Part shown: positions 54,519 to 64,000 of the stretch, one piece after another
Layout: each line of letters starts with the position of its first letter
Numbering within the stretch: position 1 is the first letter of the stretch
Assembly: GCA_009602725.1 (NCBI GenBank)
Contig: WELB01000028.1
Location: 709,972 to 773,971, forward strand
Reading direction: 5' to 3'
DNA: 64,000 nucleotides
From: Spirogloea muscicola
Lineage: Eukaryota
The notes under the pieces: generated by a model
Told to the model about the DNA's origin: nothing
The model's database searches: none
Seen by the model: only the letters and a program-made list of their open reading frames with translations
Translations under genes and position numbers: made by a program

Positions 54519-55699
54519 AGCAGTCAAGAGTTTACAAAGAACACTCTTTTCAATAAAGCAGAAGCCAGGCTGGGGGATATCCGCATACCCCAGCCCGCAT
54601 ACCCGCATACATGAGAAAGATGTGGGTTCCGACCAATGTGACCAACATAGCAACAACCAACATTTCTTCTCATCATACCACTAATGTCATCATCAAGACA
54701 GCCATCCACCGATTGTAGTTGGGCGTTTGAACATAGTCCGTGCTCACGCGTGAGCCCCTGGGGTATCAGCCTTTGCGCTAGCGTGTCAGTATGGCTGAGG
54801 AAGAGACAGCCTTCAGGAGCCGATGGCGGCGAGAGTGGAACAAGCAGGTCTTCCACAGGGAGTGAAGGCAGGTAAAACGGGATAAGGCCAGCCCACAAAG
54901 AACAAATTGCTCGCCCACAAAGGAATGGAAAAAGGTCCATAAAGAACACCTTTTCCAAAAGGGGCGGATGGCTGTCAGAGGCCAATCCAAGCACGAATGC
55001 ACGAAGTTCAAAGGGGCCGGAAAACGTAGACACCACTGAGGGTGCCTGCTCAGGAAGCCCTACTCAGCAGCCGCAAGTGGGAGAAAATAGCAGGAGACTA
55101 AAATAGCTCTTCAAATGTGAAGCAACGGCTGTCAGAGGCCAGCCCAAAAACAACAAACGGAATGAATAAGGTCTGAAATAACCGGAAGGCACTAAAGGGG
55201 AGACGAGTCGCCCTGCCATCTAGAATTCAGGCATCGATTAGCGACCTTTATGTTTTGACCCGTGGTTACTGAGCGGGTCAATCTGCTGTAGGTGATGTGC
55301 GTCTCTAGATGTGCTTGCCTTTGTACTTGGCCATTTGGCCTATGTTTGTTTCAAATACACTAGAGCCTGAGGCTACAGCCAGGGCACGACCAAAACGAAG
55401 ATGCAAGGCATGTGCCAGGTAGCGCTGCAGGGAAATGTCACATCGCATTTGGGACACTGAGGCCTAAGAGCCCATGGCGGAAGGCCAGCCCGGAAGGGTG
55501 GACTGGATTCAAGGCCAGGAAAGTAAGCTCTTCCAGAGTGGGCGAGAGCTGTTAACAGCAGCCAGAAAGTCCAGACAAGGTTAAAAGAGCTGAAAGGCGC
55601 TAAGACAACACAGCTATGCCCAGTGGCTACAGGAATGGGAGTATAGTAATCCCGAGTCAGCAACCGCAAAGAGAAATAAAAAATCTTTTCCTATGGAAG

Positions 55700-57110
55700 G
55701 CAATTGCCGCAAGGAAGTAAGCTCATCCAAAGGCACAAACGCCTTGTAGGGATGCGAAGGGGCACTTTACAAAGGCCCAATACCTTCATACTTTGGCCAT
55801 ATGCCAATGTAGCTTGCAATACATCAATGGGTTGCACAGGCAAGCCATTGCTACTCACAGAAGTCTTACTAACACAGGAAACCAAAGCACCCGTGTTTGC
55901 GAGGCTCTGGGCTGGCTGACTAGCCGCCAGTCTCATATATGACATACTTGGCGTAGAAGCACAAAGTGCTAAGTCGACCACCGAAGCAAGACAAAGTCTG
56001 CGAACTACATGGATAGCAGTATCCACGGTGCCGAGGTAAATCAGCAACACCAGGTACTACGTGGGAATGGCCTGCCGTGTGCCCACAGAGCAGGGACTGC
56101 CCCAGTGATGGGGGAGGATTCATCCTCGCCTGCAGGGTACGATGAGAAATACAGGGTCGTCAGCCCAAAGGTGATCCACCCGACTCAGGTACATCTGAGA
56201 TTGAACTTGGATACAGGGAACCCATACACAAAGGGGCCCACCGTTCACCAAAGCTTGCATTAGCTTATGCAGGGAGCGTACTACTAGGATAGATAACTTT
56301 GGACAAGCATGTCCAATACATCCATCCAATACATTCTCACATCATGCGATTGAAGACCCCACACAGGAGTCATGATGAGAGGCACACATTTGCCCATGCC
56401 TTTCCGATGTCCTTTGGGGCCAGGTGGAGCAGGCTTGCTGGAGGAGGGGTGCTTGGGAGCTTGTGTACATTCCCGGATGCGGTGGCTCCTTATGGCCACA
56501 CCGGTAACAAGCTCGATCCCCCTGGGGGTCAAAGCCACTGCCCTGGCTGGGCCCTGTCGCCCCTTGGCACTAGTACCAGGCATACTTCTGGATCTGCGCT
56601 TCGAGGACGGGCAACACATCCAACTAGGTCCACGCTGAGTTGAATGCTCTCAACGAGTTGGTTGTGATTTGGATGCGCAACAACTTTGAAGACTACGTCC
56701 GCCAATTCCATGTGCTGCTATCGAAACTCAACTGCAGGCTGATGGACAACGTGGACCAATGTCAACGATTCAAACCTGGGGTTCCGGAGCATGTGGCTCT
56801 GCTGGCTTGATTGGATACGGTCACCTTCAAGCCCGTGGACACGTTGGACCACCTCATCGAGCACACGCGCCTTCATTTCGCCATGTACCCGCGGAAGCGT
56901 CCATTGCTTGAAATTGTTGTCGACCCGGCTGCGCCGTCGTCCTCGAATCGCAGACCCAGTAGTATGCCTGGTAGTAGTGCCAAGCCCTATGTGGGGCAAC
57001 GGCGCCCAGCCAAGGCAGTGGCCTTTGTCCCCGAGGGGCGGGGGATCGAGCTTGCGATGTGGCCAGAAGGGCCACCACATCCAGGACTGTACACAAGCTC
57101 CCAACCACAT
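55700..57110. mobile_element. Decayed LTR-retrotransposon (gypsy-like) gag-protease relic, partly inverted-duplicated
   Basis: Zn-knuckle remnants RCGQKGHHIQDC (+) and CYRCGHK/HRIREC (-), followed on the minus strand by protease-like SLANTGALVSCVS...ATLAYGQ...G. Confidence 0.55.
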
Positions 57111-57704
57111 ACGGACCAACATCACGAACCTGATCCCATGTACACAGTTAGGGTCAGAACGTCCTGGTTGTGGTGCGGACATAGGAAGGTTTTGGGCCAA
57201 ACCCTCCTACTGAGTGAAACCCCAGCGTACACAGCGGGACACACGCGCACACAGCGCAGCGGAAGTCTTACCCCGAGGCACCGCCAGAAGGTGGTGATTC
57301 CACTGGGTCAGTGGCTTAGTAGCTGTCCCCACATGTTGCGCAGCCATAGCACAGACAGAGAACCGGCGAGGCCCGCAACGACGAGCTGCGGCGACGGGCT
57401 GAGCAGCAGGCGGCAGCAGCCGAGCTGTGGCGGCCTCTGCGGCAGCAGGCAGCAGCACGGCTGTGCCTCTCTCTGTGCGTCACTGGTCCGACTACGAAGT
57501 CTGGCCTTGGCCTGCTACTTCTAGCGTTCCAACTTTCCCATCAGATATGCATGATCTCACTCGGGGATATTTAGTGTCCCACTTAGCTAGCTCATTACCC
57601 CATAACAGGACATTTGCAAGACTAGAATTGGCCGCCCTTTCAATTCCATGCGCACCGCGCGCCCTCTCTCCATTTGCCACTCCTCCCCGGAGGAAGGAAG
57701 CGTG

Positions 57705-58120
57705 AGTAGTAATATGTGAAGGGCCTGTGTGGCCAAGTACAAAGGCAAGCACATTGACAAATGTACATCGCCTGCTGCTAAGCTGACCCATTCAGTAACC
57801 ACGACTCAGCACATAGAGGTCGCTAACTGATGCCCCAATACCAGACGGCAATGGACAAGCTCTTGAGCTACCAGCTAAGGCTCGACCAGCTTTCTGATGC
57901 AACGCATGAGCTCGCTGCAGACAAGCTGACACTCGGCGATGCAAGAATGACAAGTAGGCTGCCGACATGCCCATCGGAGCTGGAAGCATATCCTCACGTC
58001 GAGCATATCCCAGACTAGCAATATTCTCCAGTAGCGTATGGAGGCGAAGGACCCATCCAGCTGAAAGTGTCATCGCGGCTGGTAGGAGATGGTCACTGCG
58101 GGGGTAGTCAGAGTAGTGTA
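57705..58120 (-). mobile_element. CRE-like 3' fragment, same subfamily as the UFC1-intron copy
   Basis: HYSDYPRSDHLLPAA...[25 protein letters not shown]...SDLYVLSRGY* plus 3' UTR. Confidence 0.75.
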
Positions 58121-59417
58121 AACCAAGCACAACAAGAAACAAAGCATTCATTCTTTTTTGGGCTGGCTTTTCCAGCCCCTATCCTCAATGGGCGAGCCCT
58201 TCTCCTCAGTGTAGGAGCTTTCTGTGCTCTGCACCTCCCACTGCGTGTCCAGCAATATCGGTCGATGCTGCTGCTGATTTGTACGCTTCCGTCACCACCA
58301 CGTCAACCAAAGCTCGTGGGCCTCCGCCGGGTTGTGACGAGGTAGCCCTAATGTCCACCCCAGGAGTGGCGGGCCTGACGATTGGGGATTCGTATCGGTG
58401 CGTGACACGAAATGGCGCTTCGGCTGGACAACTGCCGGAGACACAAAGCGGCGCCTCCTGGGCACAAGAGCTTGTCGATTGCCGTCCGGTAGTCGGGCAT
58501 CAGTTAGCGACCTCTATGTGCTGACTCATGGTTACCGAGCGGGTCAGCTTAGCAGCAGGTGATGCACATTTGTCTATATGCTTGCCTTGTGCTTGGGCCC
58601 TCCATCTTTCAATACACACTTCTTCCTGGGCGGTGCAAGCGCGGTACGAAGCCCGGGGCCTCGGACCGTACTCAGCTACACATACAGGGAAGCAAATTTA
58701 CCGGTACCGTTTGGGATTGCCTAACGGCAGCTACGTACAATCATGTAAGGTTACCGGCATCGTTGGCACTCCAAACGGAGGGAATGTACTAGCACCAATT
58801 CTAGAGAGCCGTGGCTTTAGGGTTCTGCACAGAGGCTGCTGGCTTGGCATGGCTTTCATAAAGGGCTTGGGTTCGACTGACGTACCGAAGGAACAGTTGT
58901 CAGCCATGTACAAGCAAGCCATAATGTCAACCACTTGCTTCGCTTGTCAGAGGTTAGATAAATTGCTTGTGAAAAAATTGGCCGGATCTCTCCCCTTTTT
59001 ATTGGGTGGCTGCAGGCCACGTTCAAGAAAGAAAGTTGAGCTATCTATTGACGTTTACAAATGAATCTGGGACGTACTGCTTGTTGAGGTACCTGATTAA
59101 AAGAAGCTCTTGCTCCTAGAACTAGGACTCCGAAGTGCACTTGATGATTGCTACCTACCTACAGTTGTCGCAGCTGCTATGCTATTGCGCTCAGCTGCAA
59201 GTTCTTTTTCCTACTGCACAATTTTACCAAACACCACTTCGGTGCAGGTAGACTAATCAGCTACTTCTACACTCAATGTCGCCTTCTCAGCAGGACTCCA
59301 ACATGGGGGGAGGGGGGGTGGAGTCTCTAAGCTAAATCTGAGAGGGACTGATTTAAGCACAATTCTGTTGATGTCCACTTGGCAGCATCTCTGCCTCTAG
59401 TCGGTCAGGGCCGGCCT

Positions 59418-62400
59418 TCAGGGCCAGCCGCCGCCGGGCTTCTGCTGCAGCCAACCATATGAGTCCGACTTCTGAAAGTTCCACTCGTTGTAGCCCCAAC
59501 GGTTGACCTTCAAAGACCAGAAGAACCAGCCCGCGCTGGTGCCTCCATACGTCTGCGCAGCAAAATGAGGCCCATCACGGCTTGCCCAGTAAGCGAGCAG
59601 AATCTTCCATGTCTAATGCATGTCTTAAACTTCCTTGTCTATTCAGGATGTTTCTCCACATACGCGTTATCAGTGTCGTGTTGGCCAGTCTTTACAGTGC
59701 AGGTACAGCCGTACGGAGCAGCCGCATGTGGCCTTGTAAGCCAGCCTAGCTCACCTCGAGCTGTGCAGTTCCGAAATCGGCAGTGTCTTGGGATGTGGCT
59801 TGAGCATCCCCATACATCGCAAGTGACCACTCGCCCACCATAACCAGATGCCCTCCCTGCAACATGGGCACTAACACATTCAGCACAAGCCTGCTGCTTT
59901 TGAAGAAGATCTGATGGACACAGTGCCTACAACCTCCTCAACACCAACCTATCATATGGGTGATGCAGCTGCTTGGCTGATGCTTTGCTTGCTCGAAAAC
60001 TCACCTTCTCAAGTCCCTTGAGATAGTCAACCGAAGTGGTTCTTGTATAGTCGATGTTGTATGCTGCGCTCTTATTGGTGAAAGTGCCATCGAAGACGTG
60101 GTAGACGTGCGCATCAAAGATGACATTGTTGTACCCCTGCCTCACTGTCATGAAGTCCTGCATTCAAGTAACCACAAAGCAGACGGCTAAATGAGCTGGG
60201 AGCTCTGCTGATTATCTCTTCAATCGTGAAGTGGCTCTTGCGTGCTTAACACTAGCACATCGTGGGCGTTGGTAGCTGATCACATACATCGAAGGCAGAG
60301 TCTGGTGAGTCAGTCAACGGCGAAAACGAAACATATGCGCAGGGTGAGTAGCTCCGAACAATGTCATAAGCCTGCACAGGCACAGGAAGAATTGACATTG
60401 AGTAATGCTGACACAGTACGCATTAAGCCCGTCTCCCTGAGTGCTTGCTGAGCCAAAAAGTGGCCGCGCCCTCGTCCTAAGATTGGACATAACATGTGCT
60501 GCTGTGCAAGTCGACTTCACGTGGCGCTGACCTTGGTGTAGTAGTCCTGTAGTATGGACATTGGAATGTAGTCGCCAAGGGGCTCATTCAACAGCCCAAT
60601 GCCCAAGAACATTGGCAGCTGCGCATATCTGGAGCTGAGCCAATCGATTGCATCAAGGCTCTGAGCGACGTTCTCAGGGAAGTAGGCCCAGTCGGTTTTG
60701 CCGTCACGGGCTGCGCTGTGCTCATAGCCGTTCTGGAAACCAAAAAGCAAGTCAATCACACCGCAGTCAGCAACTGCTTCCCCCAGCTTGCGCCTTTACA
60801 ACGTTCTTAATGAGCAGCACATGACAGAGTAGACATTGTTTACCTGGGATCCTGGAGCTGCGTGGAAGCTGATCATAATCCGTACATCATAAAGCTCCGC
60901 CCATGCAAATGCTTGGTCAAGGTAGGCTTCTGTGCCAGCGACGAATGGTGACTCGTTTGACGCCATCCAATAGCCCACTGGCACTCTCACAGCATTGATG
61001 TTCCTTGACTTCAGGTACTGCAAAGAGGACGAGGACATCAACGTCAACTTCACTTGGATAGAACAGGACGGACAGAATGTCGCGCAGTGGACGTTGAGGT
61101 ACAATGCTGCAAATTAGACATGGACTGTGGAAGATGAGCAACTAGCAAGCAGGAAACGATTCAGAATAGACGAGCACCGCTTTACCTGGAAGTCTGCCTC
61201 AGTGATGAACGATGAGTGGTGCTGGGTCATGACAGAAGTGGCATTCTCTCCCGAGCTGGCTACAAGCTGGTACTCCCCATCCACAATGCTCACCTGCGCG
61301 GAGCGGGAGGTGGCGCATCAGCACTCCGTGAGCTTCGTTTGGCTTGCTATAGTAATTGCTGAGAGCTATAGCAATTTCACAAGGATTTTTCTCTCAACCA
61401 GAGATATATGCACAGGTCGATTGGGCCAAAGAGCACATCCTGATGGTAAGAATTTGATCATGGATGGAGGGTTCCAAACTCACAGCGTGCCAGTAAAATG
61501 CTGTGGGGCCCTGCCAGGCAGCAGGGTCCGTTAGCTGCACAGACGCCGGGTCGACATCGGCGGTGATGTTGCCGCTAGCTGTGGCCCGGAGGTACATCCC
61601 ATTGGGCGCTTGGATCATGATCAAGGAGCTATTGTTGGGATTGGCGACGAATCGGAAGTCCTCCAGCCCCTGCATGCTCAGCACACTCGAATTGTCCGTC
61701 ATAATTTATCAGTCACTGGCGCTTGGCTGAAGAGCCGCCGCGAAGCAGATGGATGGCGAGGGTGCAGAGACGAGAAGCGGAGTCCTACCGTGCTGCCAGC
61801 TTGCAGCTGGTCGGCGACGACGAGGAGCCCGTTGCCGCTGTTCATGGACCAGAAGTCCTCGTTGAACACGCGCAGTTGAAAGACGCCAGAGGGGTCCGTC
61901 CTGCGCAGGTTGAACGTCTCCCACCCGCTCGGCGAGTTGCGGTTGCACAGAACCTGGCAACCAAGAATGTCGACCTCAGGGCCACGCCCCACTAGCCTAA
62001 AAGCGGAGCCACAAACGTGGCCTTTGCAAAGATTGCTGATAGTGATTTAGTCAACAGTGAAGAAGATGCAGCCCATGAAGCGATGGCAAGCAGCGATGCG
62101 CACCTGTGTACCGCCGCTGTTTTCAGCCACCATCCAGTAGCCCGTGTACACGGACTGAAGCTGGATCTGTGGGGCACAGAACAAGGATCATCAGATTGCT
62201 TTCTCTGCCACAGCGAGACTTCGGAGTCCTGCGAAGACCCAGGCAAGAGCATTGCTTGGCGAACCGCAGCAAGCACCTGAGTGCCGTCAATGAGCACGGG
62301 CACGCTTGTGAAGAGGTCAGGCTGCATCCAGGCCTCGTATACGAGCCAGCCGCCGAGGTTGACGCCCCGGATGGCAGGCACCTGCATGGCCTCGCGCACC

Positions 62401-63481
62401 GTGAACGTCTCCCACGAGTACGCGTTGGCGCCCCACCGCGCCAGCCACCCATCCTGCGAGCAGCTGCCGTTGCAGGAGCAATGCGTAGCCATTTTGCATG
62501 TCAGTACTTGCAGGACCCCTGTTAGGGGCACAAGGGCACGGTGCACGCATTTTGTTTCCTTTGTAAGATTTGCAAGATCATGAGAAAGAATTTACAAGAT
62601 AGTCAGTGGTACAAATGTGTACTTTAGCAAGCACCTACTCTGCATCGATTCTCGGAGTGAAAGCGCATAAACAAGAGCAGTTGACAATGTCAAGCGCGGC
62701 TTTAGATCCCATAAGTCAGCATATTAATATATGTTGTCATAAGCGGGGCTTCACTCTGCGAGAAAGAGCAGAAATGAATTCACCTGACAAAGAGGTCGTC
62801 AAAGGCCTTGACTTGGATCTGCTCGTCGCCAACAAACTGAATTGTGAAAACGGCCGCGGGGTCTGTGTCATCGGATGTGACGCCAATTGTCTTGCCTGAG
62901 TCCATGTTGGCCTTGAGCCAAGCGCCGGTGGGGGCCTGAAACATAACCTGCAAATGGGGAAAGCCCATGAGATACTAGCAAATGAAGGCTTGTGTTCGCA
63001 ATGGCTCGAATTACAGACCCTTAGTGATGTAGACGGGTCATATTCATAAGTGACCTGGCCCAGTAGAGCTTACAAAAATCAAGGCCCACGGACCTGGGAA
63101 GCGCTGAGCCGGTGGATGGTGAGGGCAGTTGACACAGGAGGCGCAGTGGTGTTCATGGCCGTGACATACGATGTCCAGTTGGAGGCCGGGTATGCGTCCC
63201 ACCACGTTGCAAAGTACGTCTCGAGCTGCACCGTGGCGCCGTCGGCGAGGCCGTTGGACCACCAGAAGGACGGCATGGTGGGCTGGCCAAGGGTGACCGT
63301 CGGCGGGCTGCTCGAGCAGCATTGGCCGGTGCAGGTGAAGGGGGCCCCACTTGGAGCGGGGGCCGGAGAGAGGGAGAGGCTGGGGGCCTGAGGTGGAGGT
63401 GGAGGAGGGGGGAGGGGCGCCGATGGCGGCGGCGGCGGCGTTGGCGGTGGAGGCGGCACTGGCGGCGGCGGTGGCAGCGGC
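59418..63481 (-). CDS. GH5 glucan 1,3-beta-glucosidase-like protein with fascin-like inserts and Pro-rich N-terminal region (5' end in N gap)
   Basis: IRGVNLGGWLVYEAWM, SGWETFNLRR, INAVRVPVGYW, HAAPGSQ|NGYEHS, LLNEP (acid/base), FDAHVYH, VGEWS (nucleophile), GWFFWSLK. Confidence 0.92.
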
Positions 63482-64000
63482 NNNNNNNNNNNNNNNNNNN
63501 NNNNNNNNNNNNNNNNNNNNNNNNNNNNNNNNNNNNNNNNNNNNNNNNNNNNNNNNNNNNNNNNNNNNNNNNNNNNNNNNNNNNNNNNNNNNNNNNNNNN
63601 NNNNNNNNNNNNNNNNNNNNNNNNNNNNNNNNNNNNNNNNNNNNNNNNNNNNNNNNNNNNNNNNNNNNNNNNNNNNNNNNNNNNNNNNNNNNNNNNNNNN
63701 NNNNNNNNNNNNNNNNNNNNNNNNNNNNNNNNNNNNNNNNNNNNNNNNNNNNNNNNNNNNNNNNNNNNNNNNNNNNNNNNNNNNNNNNNNNNNNNNNNNN
63801 NNNNNNNNNNNNNNNNNNNNNNNNNNNNNNNNNNNNNNNNNNNNNNNNNNNNNNNNNNNNNNNNNNNNNNNNNNNNNNNNNNNNNNNNNNNNNNNNNNNN
63901 NNNNNNNNNNNNNNNNNNNNNNNNNNNNNNNNNNNNNNNNNNNNNNNNNNNNNNNNNNNNNNNNNNNNNNNNNNNNNNNNNNNNNNNNNNNNNNNNNNNG

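Overview
Eukaryotic, intron-rich, GC-rich nuclear DNA from a green-lineage organism. A streptophyte alga such as a zygnematophyte is my inference from the Lhcb3-type gene, plastid RPL10, PTI1 and KCS genes and the GCG-rich gene 5' ends; there are three N gaps. Recognisable genes: two tandem atypical SDR paralogues, 3-hydroxyisobutyryl-CoA hydrolase-like, Lhcb3-type LHCII, SOUL haem-binding, plastid RPL10, a possible YjjX-type NTPase, acetylornithine aminotransferase, PTI1-like kinase, UFC1, DUF212, ARP/APE1, an intronless KCS and a GH5/fascin glucanase. Intergenic DNA is dominated by one mobile-element system: a near-full-length but degenerate CRE-like (RT plus restriction-like endonuclease) non-LTR retrotransposon, about 15 short 3'-end remnants ending in an 'L(T/I)RGY'-coding motif, and about 25 copies of a 3'-UTR hairpin motif. 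These fragments repeatedly form local inverted (fold-back) pairs, including a ~270-bp-arm hairpin inside a UFC1 intron. Also present are a Tourist-like MITE with a TAA target duplication, a 78-bp near-perfect inverted repeat and a gypsy-like gag-protease relic. Exon boundaries were read by eye and are approximate unless stated.
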